A stretch of 64,000 nucleotides of DNA, taken from assembly GCA_963765675.1 (NCBI GenBank), contig CAVXXK010000001.1, positions 2,208,001 through 2,272,000 of the forward strand, in the 5' to 3' direction. A model generated the notes under the pieces. It searched no databases. It saw only the letters and a program-made list of their open reading frames with translations, and had not been told where the DNA came from. Positions 53,146-62,901 of this stretch are shown one piece after another; the stretch's first letter is position 1, and every line of letters begins with the position of its first letter. This stretch comes from an uncultured delta proteobacterium. Its GTDB lineage: Bacteria; Desulfobacterota; Binatia; Binatales; Binataceae. Made by a program: the position numbers and the translations under genes.

Positions 53146-54432
53146 TTATCCGACAAAAGCGCGGCCATATTCGAGCAGGCCGCCTGAAAACATCTTAGCA
53201 CCGTCGCGCGCCGCATGCTCCAGCACCGGCGGGACGGTGAGCTTAAGTCCGTTCAGCAATGCGATCGTCTCGCGCGCGCCGATCAGATCGACGATCGCGG
53301 TCGGCGGCGCCCAGTTGAAGCCGTTGCTCATGATCGAATCGACGTCCGCGGCCGACGCGGCAACCTCGCCGACGCGATTCAGCCCATAGCTCACGTAGCC
53401 GAGGACCACGCGCCGGCAGAGGTCGGCGTCGGAGCCGCGAGCTTCGCGCAGCACCGCCATCGCCTCGCGGTAGCGGCCGACGTGATTGAGCGATTTCATT
53501 TTTTCGACGAACTCGATCCGCGCGGGAGGCGCCAGAGGCTCGTGCGAGCCGGTTGTCGGATCGAGCACCAGCGTCTCCTTGCCCGCCTTGCGGTAGAAGC
53601 CTCCCCGCTCGGGAGTCTTGTCGCCGAGCCTGCCCTCGCCGATTCCTTTATCCATGAACGCGGGCAGCGCAAAGCATCGATGCGCTTCGTCCTCGCAGTT
53701 CTGGTGCACGTTATCGACGATCGCCTTGTGGACGTCCCATCCGACCAGATCGACCGTGGCCAGCGGCGCCATCGCGCGCCCGGTCTGCGGACCGACCAGG
53801 TAATCCATGTACGCGACGCCATGCTCGGCGGCGAGTTGCGCAACCTCGTTCAGCACTTTGAAGCCGACTCGATTGCCGACGAACGCCGGGCGATCCTTGG
53901 TGACGATCACCTTGCGCCCGAGGCGATGGGTCAGCATCGCGATGACTGCCTTGAGCATCGCGGAGTCCGTTTCCGCGCCGGGGATAACCTCGGTGCCGAC
54001 GATCACGTGCGGCGGGTTGAACAGATGCACGCCCAGGAAATGCTTGCGGAACGAGTCGCTGCGGCCCTTGGACATTTCCGCGATCGAGAGGCCCGACGAA
54101 CCGGTGGCGATAATCGCGCCGGGGGTGCGGAAGCGATCGACCAGTTCGAAAAAGTGGCGCTTCAGCGCGAGATCCTCGGCCAGCGATTCGAACACGAAGC
54201 CCGCTTCGCGGACTGTGCGCTCGAGGTCGGCGTCGTAGCTGCCGAGTTTGATCCGATCGGCGATGGCCTCGGCGCGCGCCGCGTTCTGCACGGCCTTCAT
54301 CCCGGCTTCGGCCTTGTCGCGCCCGCGCGCGAGCATCGTCACTTCAAAGCCCGCGCCGGCAAAGACACCGGCCGCGCCGGCGCCCATGGTGCCATTGGCG
54401 CCCAGAATCGCAACCTTCATATTCTCGCTCAA
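53146..54432 (-). CDS. 3-hydroxyacyl-CoA dehydrogenase family
   Basis: ILGANGTMG, ESLAE..LK, GVHLFNPP, AFVGNR, DLVGWD. Confidence 0.9.
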   Translation of the reverse strand: MSENMKVAILGANGTMGAGAAGVFAGAGFEVTMLARGRDKAEAGMKAVQNAARAEAIADRIKLGSYDADLERTVREAGFVFESLAEDLALKRHFFELVDRFRTPGAIIATGSSGLSIAEMSKGRSDSFRKHFLGVHLFNPPHVIVGTEVIPGAETDSAMLKAVIAMLTHRLGRKVIVTKDRPAFVGNRVGFKVLNEVAQLAAEHGVAYMDYLVGPQTGRAMAPLATVDLVGWDVHKAIVDNVHQNCEDEAHRCFALPAFMDKGIGEGRLGDKTPERGGFYRKAGKETLVLDPTTGSHEPLAPPARIEFVEKMKSLNHVGRYREAMAVLREARGSDADLCRRVVLGYVSYGLNRVGEVAASAADVDSIMSNGFNWAPPTAIVDLIGARETIALLNGLKLTVPPVLEHAARDGAKMFSGGLLEYGRAFVG

Positions 54433-54571
54433 TCAGATTCCCCGTTCCCCGGAATTTTCTCTCTCGCGGCGAACGCCACGGCGATGCGTGCGCGCATTGC
54501 TCCTCAAGCCGCCGACGATGTTATCCGAAGGGCAATTCCCACGCCACTAAGGATTTTTGCGCCGCGGACAT

Positions 54572-55243
54572 TCAATCGTCGTCAGGCGTCAGCACGATAC
54601 GCACGCCGTTCACGGAGCTTGGAATCTCGTCGCGAGCTTGGGAAAGAAGGTCTCTCTGGACGGTTATTTCGATCGTCTTGAAGTCGCAGCCGTTGGAGGC
54701 GCACTTCGGTCCCATCCCAAGCACTCCCGGCAGATCATCCCAGCCCTCGCCGTAATGATGGAGAACCAGATTGTACGATTTTTGGGCCCGCGCTTGCTCG
54801 TCCTGCTTCCGGGCGCGGCGAGCGACTTCCTCGGGATCAGGTTGCGTCGCATTGTATGAGAAGTGTCCAACGGCGCCTCCAGCCTCGGGCGTCTTGCCTG
54901 GAACAACCACGACAGGAATTCCGTCCGCGGACGCGGGAATCCGCTTTCTCACGGAGTCCACAGACGCGAACGCGGGGTCCACATGAACCGCGATACTTGG
55001 GACGCGATTGTGATAGGTGTCGCCGTCATCGACCTCGTACACGCCGTCCAGCTTTATCCACTGGTCCTGGTATTTCTCGATCACCGCGGACACTGCGGGA
55101 TCGTCGTCGTCGTCGGTACACGGATGGCTAAGCCTGGTTCCGGGCCCGTCGCCGCACCACATATCGGCGCGCGATTGCTGCGCTGCCAACAGCAAAATTG
55201 TTGGAAGGAGAAGAATCGCAAGGCGCGACGCGAGCGACTTCAT
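54572..55243 (-). CDS. Hypothetical exported protein with an internally duplicated ~60-aa module
   Basis: Signal peptide, then two repeats ending IPASADGIPVVVV and IPSSVNGVRIVL. Confidence 0.7.
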   Translation of the reverse strand: MKSLASRLAILLLPTILLLAAQQSRADMWCGDGPGTRLSHPCTDDDDDPAVSAVIEKYQDQWIKLDGVYEVDDGDTYHNRVPSIAVHVDPAFASVDSVRKRIPASADGIPVVVVPGKTPEAGGAVGHFSYNATQPDPEEVARRARKQDEQARAQKSYNLVLHHYGEGWDDLPGVLGMGPKCASNGCDFKTIEITVQRDLLSQARDEIPSSVNGVRIVLTPDDD

Positions 55244-55338
55244 GGCAATATGAGAATCACACAGTTTACGTACTTGAAAGAGGCACCCCGTTCCTTCAAT
55301 CCTCCCCAGTGTCAGACAACCGGCGAGGAATCAGAAAA

Positions 55339-55674
55339 TCAAAACTTCAACTCTTGCTTTAAGAATTCTTTTACGCCTTCGCGGCCGGTCAGGTTGATCC
55401 AGAAATCAAGCCCTTCCGGATCCAGCGTCAGTTCCAGGAACGAGCAGCACTTACCCTCCAGCAGCATCCATTCGCCGGCTTCTGCGATGCCGATCTTTGC
55501 GCTCGCGACCTTGAGCGCGTAGCCGCGATCGAGCTCGCGCCGCTCGAGGATCGCGCCCGCCAGCTTTTTCGCCAGCGCCTGATGACGCCGCTTCTGCTCT
55601 GGCGTGAAGACGCCCAGATTACACGCGATCGGCGCGTCATGGTCGGCGCCATGATGATGATGCTCATGTCCCAC
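55339..55674 (-). CDS. Small His-rich / CC-motif putative metal-binding protein
   Basis: GHEHHHHG N-terminus, PIACNL, EGKCCSFL. Confidence 0.75.
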   Translation of the reverse strand: MGHEHHHHGADHDAPIACNLGVFTPEQKRRHQALAKKLAGAILERRELDRGYALKVASAKIGIAEAGEWMLLEGKCCSFLELTLDPEGLDFWINLTGREGVKEFLKQELKF

Positions 55675-55707
55675 GTCATACCTCCGCCGCGATTGTACGG
55701 CGCTAAT

Positions 55708-57228
55708 TTACGGCTCGCGCCATGCGCGGCCGGGCTCGCTGATCAGATTTTCAGCTGCCCGCGGTCCCCAACTGCCCGCGGGATACTCCTCGATCGGCAC
55801 ACGGTCGCCGTCGCTCCACGCGTCCAGGATTCCCTGCATCAGCTCCCACGACTTCTGCACGTACTCGCCGCTGGGAAACAGCGTATGGTCGCCGTCCATC
55901 ACGTCGAGCAGCAGGCGCTCGTAAGCGTCGGGAGAGCTTTCGCCACCGAATTCGCTTTCGTAGCTGAGGTTCATCCTGACCGGCTTGATCGCGACATCGA
56001 GGCCCGGCTGCTTGGAAACCACGTCGAAGGAAAAGCCTTCGTCGGGTTGAAGCCGGACGGTCAGACGATTCGGCGTGAGCAATCCCTCGCGATTGAACAG
56101 GATCTGTGGCACGTCCTTGAAACGCACGATAATCGAGCTCGCGCGCCGCGGCAGGCGCTTGCCGGTGCGCAGATAAAATGGAACGCCGGACCAGCGCCAG
56201 TTGTCGATCAGCAGTTTCAGCGCGACGAAGGTCTCGGTGCGCGAGTCGCGGGCGACGCCTTTTTCCTCCAGGTAGCCGGGCACCGCTTTGCCCTCGATCG
56301 TGCCCGCCGTGTAGCGCCCCCGCACCGTCATCGCGCGCGCCTCGGCGGAACGGATCGGGCGAATCGCGCGCAGCACGTTGAGCTTGGCCTCGCGGATCGC
56401 CGCCGCGCCGAGCGTCACCGGCGCCTCCATCGTGAGCATCGTGAGTACTTGCAGAATATGGTTCTGCACCATGTCGCGCAGCGCGCCCGAATGATCGTAG
56501 TAGCCGGCGCGGGTGCCGACGCCCTCAGTCTCGGCGACCGTGATTTGCACGTGATCGACGTTGCGGCTGCCCCACAGGCGCTCGAAGATCGAATTGGCAA
56601 AGCGCAGCACCATCAGATTCTGCACCGTCTCTTTGCCGAGATAATGATCGATCCGGAAAACCTGCGACTCGTCCAGATGCTTCAGCAGGACGCGATTTAT
56701 TTCGAGCGCGCTTGGAAGGTCGTGGCCAATAGGCTTCTCGACCACCACGCGGCTGAAGTGCGGCGCGTCGGGCTTTGCGATAAGCCCCGCATCGGCGAGG
56801 CGCGCGATCGAGTCGCCGACCGCCTCGGGCGGAATCGACAGATAGAACACGCGGTTGGGCGGCAACCCGCGCGCTTTCGCGATCTGCTCCAGGCGCTCGC
56901 GAAGCTGCTTCATTGCGTCGGGCGCGGCGAGCGCGCCCAGATAGTCGAGCGAGTCGGAGAATTTCGTCCAGCACTCATCCTCGACCTTGAGCCGCGAGTA
57001 CTTCTGCACCGCTTCGCGAGAGGATTTGCGGAACTCCTCCTGCGACATCTGGGTGCGCGCGAAGCCCAGGATCGCGCTGTTTGGCGGCATCATCCCGCCG
57101 CCGCAATGCACCAGGTTGTAGAGCGCGGGCAGGAGCTTGCGCCGCGCGAGATCGCCCGAGGCGCCGAAAATCACAATCGTCGAAGGCGGCGTCGGACGCG
57201 TGCGTTGGACGGTGAGGATCTCATCCAT
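55708..57228 (-). CDS. zwf: Glucose-6-phosphate 1-dehydrogenase
   Basis: GASGDLA, EKPIG, RIDHYLGKE, RDMVQNH, YLRTGK, AYERLL. Confidence 0.98.
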   Translation of the reverse strand: MDEILTVQRTRPTPPSTIVIFGASGDLARRKLLPALYNLVHCGGGMMPPNSAILGFARTQMSQEEFRKSSREAVQKYSRLKVEDECWTKFSDSLDYLGALAAPDAMKQLRERLEQIAKARGLPPNRVFYLSIPPEAVGDSIARLADAGLIAKPDAPHFSRVVVEKPIGHDLPSALEINRVLLKHLDESQVFRIDHYLGKETVQNLMVLRFANSIFERLWGSRNVDHVQITVAETEGVGTRAGYYDHSGALRDMVQNHILQVLTMLTMEAPVTLGAAAIREAKLNVLRAIRPIRSAEARAMTVRGRYTAGTIEGKAVPGYLEEKGVARDSRTETFVALKLLIDNWRWSGVPFYLRTGKRLPRRASSIIVRFKDVPQILFNREGLLTPNRLTVRLQPDEGFSFDVVSKQPGLDVAIKPVRMNLSYESEFGGESSPDAYERLLLDVMDGDHTLFPSGEYVQKSWELMQGILDAWSDGDRVPIEEYPAGSWGPRAAENLISEPGRAWREP

Positions 57229-57378
57229 GAAAAGACTCTACCGCAGGCGGCCTCGCGAGGCGCTAGCTGGATTGGCCGAATCCTGCTTGATATTCAATAG
57301 ATACCTGCCGCGAATGAAACCGCTATTTCATTACACCGGGACTTTAACCGCGCCGCCGCGAATTTCGGAAGTACCGCG

Positions 57379-57819
57379 ATGAACGGAGATTCTGCCGCCG
57401 CTCCCGCCGCGATACCTTCACGTCTTTCCGAGTGGCTCCCGGTCGTGCTGTGGGGCGCGGTGATGTTCACGCTTTCGACCTCCGCCTTTTCGGCGGCAAA
57501 CACCGGCCGCATCGTCGATCCGATTTTGCTTTGGCTGATCCCCGGGATCTCGCCGACGTCGCTCAATGTCGCGCACGCGCTGATTCGCAAGTGCGCACAT
57601 TTCACCGAATACGCAGTTTTGTATTGGCTGCTGGCGCATGGTCCTTTGATCGGCCGCCCATACCTGGCGCTCGCGATATGCGTCGCGTGGGCGTTTCTGG
57701 ACGAGGGGCACCAGATCTTCGTGCCGGGGCGCACGGCCTCGCTCTATGACGTCGCGCTGGATTCGACCGGCGCGGTCTTCTGCGGATTTCTGACCGCGGC
57801 GGTGAACGAGATTCGCTGA
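57379..57819 (+). CDS. VanZ family membrane protein
   Basis: RKCAHFTEY, DEGHQIFVPGR..DV.LD. Confidence 0.9.
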   Translation: MNGDSAAAPAAIPSRLSEWLPVVLWGAVMFTLSTSAFSAANTGRIVDPILLWLIPGISPTSLNVAHALIRKCAHFTEYAVLYWLLAHGPLIGRPYLALAICVAWAFLDEGHQIFVPGRTASLYDVALDSTGAVFCGFLTAAVNEIR

Positions 57820-57840
57820 GTGAGAGTTCAGTAGCACCCG

Positions 57841-58506
57841 CTAGACGGGTTCGGGCGCCGATGAGATTCGATCCATCCGGCCGTAGAACGCTCGCAGATT
57901 GCTGAGCTGCGCGGGGAGCTTGAGCTCACCCCGGAATGCAAAATAACTGAGCTGGCCGTATAACGCGAAATCGGCCAAGCCGATCCGGCCGAACAGAAAT
58001 GGGCGTTCGCCGAGAGCCTCTTCAAACGGCGCGAGTGCCTCGCATGCGCGCGTCATCTCGAACGCGTGATCTGAGATCATCCGATCGACGAAGCCCGCAC
58101 CGTACTTGCGCTCTCGGATCAACCGCCAGAGCGCGGCGCGATCGTTGCCGCGCTCGCGCCAGTATGCCAGCTCGTCGGGAATCGCGGCGCGGAACAGCGC
58201 GTCCTCGAGTTGATTATCGATATAGTCGGCGAGTATCCGATGCATCCCGCGCCATCCCGTGGGCAGCAAGGTTGGCTCCGGCTGTAGCTCTTCGAGCCGC
58301 GAAGCGATTCGCGCGGAATCGACGATCGTCTCGCCGCCCTCGAGCGTGAGTGCCGGCACCATCAACTGGCCTGACGCGGCGAGCAGTTCTTTGCGTTCGA
58401 GATAATCGACCTCGATGATCTCGTAGTCGATTCCTTTGAAATCCAGGATCTTGCGCACCTTGGCGCAGTACGGACTGCCCGCGAACTGGTAGAGCGTTGC
58501 CGTCAT
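57841..58506 (-). CDS. Glutathione S-transferase family protein
   Basis: LYQFAGSPYCAKVR, VPAL, DSARI, FLFG..GLADFA. Confidence 0.9.
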   Translation of the reverse strand: MTATLYQFAGSPYCAKVRKILDFKGIDYEIIEVDYLERKELLAASGQLMVPALTLEGGETIVDSARIASRLEELQPEPTLLPTGWRGMHRILADYIDNQLEDALFRAAIPDELAYWRERGNDRAALWRLIRERKYGAGFVDRMISDHAFEMTRACEALAPFEEALGERPFLFGRIGLADFALYGQLSYFAFRGELKLPAQLSNLRAFYGRMDRISSAPEPV

Positions 58507-58585
58507 CTTGATTCGCTCCGCATCGAGTTGGCCATTGTCGACGAGTGTTTTGCGTAAATCATTGCGCGAGTCCGCTTTCACGACT

Positions 58586-58765
58586 GGCGAGATTCCTCGC
58601 GGCGCGCGCTGTGCGAATTGGCACGCACGCCGCGAAATTGGCGGTACATTCGCGCTCGGAATGACACGTTCTCGTGGTTTTGTATCATTTCCAAATCGCT
58701 GCCGAATGGTGTCATTCCGAGCGCGAGCAGCCGATGCGTATCGCGCGATCGCGAGGAATCTCGCC
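58586..58765. repeat. GTCATTCC-family inverted-repeat pair (tail-to-tail)
   Basis: GGCGAGATTCCTCGCG...CGCGCTCGGAATGACAC, a spacer, then GTGTCATTCCGAGCGCG...CGCGAGGAATCTCGCC. Confidence 0.82.
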
Positions 58766-58811
58766 CTTGGCACTCTCACACTCTTTGAAGCTCGAGGTTA
58801 CCACGCGCGCG

Positions 58812-59285
58812 TCAGAATGCGCAGATGCGGAGGATTGTGTCGAGGTCAATTTCGTCGAAAGAGAGATGCACGAAGTCCGCCGCGGCGAGCGCGTCCGGGG
58901 CGCGGGTATGCGCAAGCGCAAGGACGTACATCCCGGCGCGATGAGCCGCTTCGATTCCCACAGTCGAATCCTCGACCACCAGGCATTGCGAAGGTTCGAC
59001 CGGGTCACGCTGGCGGAGCAGAAATCCGATTCGGCCGAGAGCCGCGACAAACAGGTCGGGAGCGGGCTTGGCCCGCTCCGCGTCCTCGGCGCCGAGCACG
59101 TCGAGAAACGCATCGCGTAGATTCACGCGGCGCAGTCGATTCTCGGCGTAGCGCCGCGGCGCTCCGGTCGCGAGCATCAGCGGGAAACGCTCGGCGCATT
59201 TCCGCACGAACTCTGCGGCGCCGCGATAGAGCCGGTCGCCGTCGAGCAGGGTGCCTTCGAGGTCGAAAATGATCGCGCGGATCAT
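58812..59285 (-). CDS. HAD-family hydrolase (short, apparently cap-less)
   Basis: IIFDLEGTL, KPAPDLF, VVEDS..GIEAA..AGM. Confidence 0.8.
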   Translation of the reverse strand: MIRAIIFDLEGTLLDGDRLYRGAAEFVRKCAERFPLMLATGAPRRYAENRLRRVNLRDAFLDVLGAEDAERAKPAPDLFVAALGRIGFLLRQRDPVEPSQCLVVEDSTVGIEAAHRAGMYVLALAHTRAPDALAAADFVHLSFDEIDLDTILRICAF

Positions 59286-59289
59286 TTTC

Positions 59290-60495
59290 TTAAGTTTCGC
59301 GAGCGCCGCGCGCCATGATCGGCACGATTGCGCGTTGCGGCGCGGGCGCGGAGATCTCCGCGCGGCTCGACTCGATCGTCATGTCGAGCTCGCTGCGGAC
59401 GCCGAAGTGCCCCGGCAGATAGATTCCCGGCTCGACCGAGAAACAGGTACGATCCATGAGGCGGCGGTCGTCATCGGTTTCGAGCGAATCGAGATTGGCG
59501 CCCATCCCGTGAACCTCGCGGCCGATCGAATGGCCGGTGCGATGCACGAATTCGGTGCCGAATCCGGCATGCTCGATCACGCCGCGCGCCGCGCGATCAG
59601 CCTCGCGCCCGGTAAGCGGTATCTCGGCCGCGATGCGCGATTTCACCAGCTCGACGGCGGCGTCGCGCGCGGCGCGGACAATCGCGAAGATCTCCGCGTG
59701 ATAGTCCGGCGCCGCTTCGCCGACAACACCGGTCCACGTGATATCGGCGTAAACAGAGTCAGCGCCCGGCTCCTTTGCCCACACGTCGAGCAGAACAAAA
59801 TCTCCGCGGCCCATGGACGCGGAATCTCGCTCTGCGGTACCGAAATGCGGATCGGCGCTATGCGCGTTGACAGCGACGATCGGTGGCTCGCGCGTGATGA
59901 GCCCCGCCCGCTCGATTCGCTCGAGCATGAATTGCTGGATTGAATACTCGGTCGCGGACTTGTCTGCCGCGACGCGGCGCGCAATTTCGGCGAAGGTCTG
60001 CTCCACGACGGCACCGAGCGCAACGCCAGCCCGGCGATGGCCTTCCATCTGGGCGGGGCTGAGCGTCGCTTCGAATTCCTGGATCAGGTCGGCGGCTGAG
60101 ACTATTTCGATACCGAGCGAGCGGACCAGCTCGATCGTGCCCGCATCGACGCGCGACACATACGGAATCGCGCCGCGCGGCGAATAGTTCATCGCGACGC
60201 GCCGCGCGCCGGTGAGGATCGTGCTCAATCCTGCGAGCAGCTCGGCGCCCGATTGATAGACGACGCGCTCGACGCCGAGCGAATCAAGGCGATGCGCCTC
60301 TACCGCCGAGACGAGCGCGCGCGCCTGGCCGCGCGCCGGCACGTAGCAGAACCATCGCCGGGTCGTCGTGCCGTGTTCGGAGAGCCCGAGGACGCGGTAG
60401 GCGATCGGATCGCTCAGGCGAAAATCGTAGAAGAGCCAGCCGTCGAGGCCGGCGGATACCAGCGCGCGGGAAATTTCCGTCAACCGCTCCTTCAT
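59290..60495 (-). CDS. M24 family Xaa-Pro aminopeptidase
   Basis: ADPH, LLD, YADIT, HRTGHSIG..VH, SVEPGIY, GVRSE. Confidence 0.92.
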   Translation of the reverse strand: MKERLTEISRALVSAGLDGWLFYDFRLSDPIAYRVLGLSEHGTTTRRWFCYVPARGQARALVSAVEAHRLDSLGVERVVYQSGAELLAGLSTILTGARRVAMNYSPRGAIPYVSRVDAGTIELVRSLGIEIVSAADLIQEFEATLSPAQMEGHRRAGVALGAVVEQTFAEIARRVAADKSATEYSIQQFMLERIERAGLITREPPIVAVNAHSADPHFGTAERDSASMGRGDFVLLDVWAKEPGADSVYADITWTGVVGEAAPDYHAEIFAIVRAARDAAVELVKSRIAAEIPLTGREADRAARGVIEHAGFGTEFVHRTGHSIGREVHGMGANLDSLETDDDRRLMDRTCFSVEPGIYLPGHFGVRSELDMTIESSRAEISAPAPQRAIVPIMARGARET

Positions 60496-60968
60496 GACGC
60501 GCCGCCGGCCGACGCAAAACGTGCGCCCCACAGGTTTACGCGTTCGGGATCGATTCGCACGATCGGGTTGCGCTCCGGAGCCAGGACCATCGCACGGTAC
60601 TGGATATACTTGTCGCGCAGGTTGCGCAGCGCGAGCATGTACTCCTCTCCGTCGGCGACGACGGTTGCGCGTCCACGCACCATCACGAACGCGAGCTGGC
60701 CCCAGTCTTCCTCGTAGTGATCGATGACAATCGCGACGGAAGGATTAGCGGCGATATTGCGCATCCGCTTGATCGCGCCGCCGGAACCGCGTCGCTTGGG
60801 CTTCTCGTCGATCACGAAATAGAAATGCGCGCCGTCGAACCAGTAACACAGCGGGACCGCGTGAGGCGAGGCGGCCGCGTCGGCGGTGGCCAGATGCGCG
60901 ATTCGCGCGGCGCCAAGAAAATCGCGCACGCGCGGTTCCTCGAGCACGGCGATCGGCGACTGGCTCAT
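60492..60968 (-). CDS. PPOX-class (split beta-barrel) putative F420/flavin-dependent oxidoreductase
   Basis: AHLATAD..PHAVP, IDEKPK, RMRNI..NP.V..VIDHYEEDW, KYIQY. Confidence 0.82.
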   Translation of the reverse strand: MSQSPIAVLEEPRVRDFLGAARIAHLATADAAASPHAVPLCYWFDGAHFYFVIDEKPKRRGSGGAIKRMRNIAANPSVAIVIDHYEEDWGQLAFVMVRGRATVVADGEEYMLALRNLRDKYIQYRAMVLAPERNPIVRIDPERVNLWGARFASAGGAS

Positions 60969-61798
60969 CTGTCAGGCTCCTGTCCGTCTCCCGCAAGGCG
61001 TTTTAGTGCCGCACGCGCGGCTCGCGAGAGTCCGGAATCGAGCTCCCGACTGGCGGCGCGTTCCAAAGCCTCGAGCACCTGCGGCGACGCGTGCGAGATA
61101 AGCCCCAGCGCGGCGGCGGCGGCGCGGCGCACACCGGGATTCGGATCGGACTCGAGAATTTGCGCCGCGATCGCGGACGCCTCAGACGGATAGGCCGGCA
61201 GGCGCGCGAGAATCGCAAGGCTCGCCAGGCGGACGTGCGTGTCCTCGGCGGCACTGGCGAGGATCGCGGCCGCGAGTACGTCTTCGCCGTCGGGAGCGAG
61301 GTCGCGCAGGCAATAGAGCGCCATCTTGCGCGCGTCGGGAGCGCCGCGACGGGCGAGTGCCAGCAGTCCCGTGCGGACTTCAGCGGGATATTCGGCGCCG
61401 AGCCGCATGATCAGATCGTGCGCGGCCCATCGCACGTCGCCGTCGGAATCGCCGAGAGCTTCGTAGAGCGCATCAGCGGCGCGGAGTTCGAACGCCTCGC
61501 CGCTGATAAGACCGAGTGCGTAGGCGGCGCCAAACCGCGCGCGCGGCGCGACGGTCGCCAGGAGAGCGTGAAGCGATGTCACGATCGCGGGATTGTGCGG
61601 GGCGGCAATCGCGGCGGCCTCGGCAGCGTGGCGGCGAACCGCTTTGCTTTCCGCGCCGAGGCATCGCATTAGAGCGCGAACTGCTGCGTCGCTCAGGCGG
61701 ATATCGGGAGCGCGCGCGATCTGGGCGATCGCGCCGAGCTGAATCTCAGGATCCTCGAGCGCGGCGGCGATTTCGTCTGCGTCGATCGCGATACTCAC
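60965..61798 (-). CDS. HEAT-repeat protein
   Basis: Repeated D..VR.AA..ALG units. Confidence 0.8.
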   Translation of the reverse strand: MSIAIDADEIAAALEDPEIQLGAIAQIARAPDIRLSDAAVRALMRCLGAESKAVRRHAAEAAAIAAPHNPAIVTSLHALLATVAPRARFGAAYALGLISGEAFELRAADALYEALGDSDGDVRWAAHDLIMRLGAEYPAEVRTGLLALARRGAPDARKMALYCLRDLAPDGEDVLAAAILASAAEDTHVRLASLAILARLPAYPSEASAIAAQILESDPNPGVRRAAAAALGLISHASPQVLEALERAASRELDSGLSRAARAALKRLAGDGQEPDR

Positions 61799-62886
61799 GC
61801 CGCCTCCGCGATAAGCCGGATAAGATTTTCGAGATCGCCGAGACCCAGGATAAAATTGCGCCTGTCGCCGTATGTATTCATCACCGCGCGAGTTACTGAC
61901 GGCAGATCGAGGGTCGTGCCGGCGAGTTCGCGGTCGAGCTCGGCGACGCCGGGCGAGTTGGCGATAAAGTCACCGGTCAGCATCAGCCGCTCGATCGTAA
62001 AATTGTCCGCGACCTCCAGCCACGCCTCGACCGCGCCGAGCTGCGCCGCGATCCGATTGCTGCGATTGAACGATTGCGGATCGGCCGACAGGCGCGGCCA
62101 TCGCGACGCGGCAAGCTCCGCTGCACGGCGCTCGACCTGCGCATGCTCTTCGGGTTCGAGCGCGCGCTCGCGTATCGAGCCCGCAAAATCGCCGTAGCCG
62201 ACGACGATCGCGCGCGCGATTTCCGCGAATCCGATATTGCGACCGAGGATGCGCGCCAACGTCGTCGCGCTCTCGGGCCCGTACATCGGACAGCTCACGA
62301 TGCCTTCGGGGTCGAGCCGATCGAGATCGTGTACCAGTTCTTCCATCCCGCGATTCACCGCGATTGTCGCCTCGAACAGCATCGCGCCGCTGGCGGCGAC
62401 CTCGAACGAGCAGGCTGCGAGCTCGCGATGGTCAAAGGTTATCGCGTCGCGTCCGGGGTAGAAACACTCGACGCCGAGCGCGCGAAGGGCGGCGAGCAGT
62501 CCGCGCACGTAGCGATTCATCACCTGATCGGGTTTCAGCGCGGCGTCGCGCTCGGGCAGCAGTGCACCGATATGCGGCAGTATGAGTGCAATCGAGATCC
62601 ATCCGTCGCCCGCGCCGATCGCGCGGCCGCCGGTGAGCCGCCGCATCGCGCTGATTCCAGCGCGCTCCGGCGCGCCCGCAAAAAGATGATAACGCCCGAG
62701 CGAGACCATACGACCCGGCGTCGCAAAGACGATCAGAGTTGGCGCACTTAGGCGCTCGAACAGATAAAGTTCGAGGCCCGCAGGTTGAAGCGGCATAATC
62801 GACGGCAGGATGATCGCATCGAGCACGGCCACGCAGTGATCGTAGGCTCGCAGACTCAAACAATCCACAGCACCGATTTCACGCAT
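61795..62886 (-). CDS. Lipoate-protein ligase (LplA)-like protein, divergent
   Basis: VSLGRYH, RRLTGG and a C-terminal I...LTGDF module. Start uncertain. Confidence 0.7.
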   Translation of the reverse strand: MREIGAVDCLSLRAYDHCVAVLDAIILPSIMPLQPAGLELYLFERLSAPTLIVFATPGRMVSLGRYHLFAGAPERAGISAMRRLTGGRAIGAGDGWISIALILPHIGALLPERDAALKPDQVMNRYVRGLLAALRALGVECFYPGRDAITFDHRELAACSFEVAASGAMLFEATIAVNRGMEELVHDLDRLDPEGIVSCPMYGPESATTLARILGRNIGFAEIARAIVVGYGDFAGSIRERALEPEEHAQVERRAAELAASRWPRLSADPQSFNRSNRIAAQLGAVEAWLEVADNFTIERLMLTGDFIANSPGVAELDRELAGTTLDLPSVTRAVMNTYGDRRNFILGLGDLENLIRLIAEAA

Positions 62887-62901
62887 TCCGGCGAATTAAG
62901 G

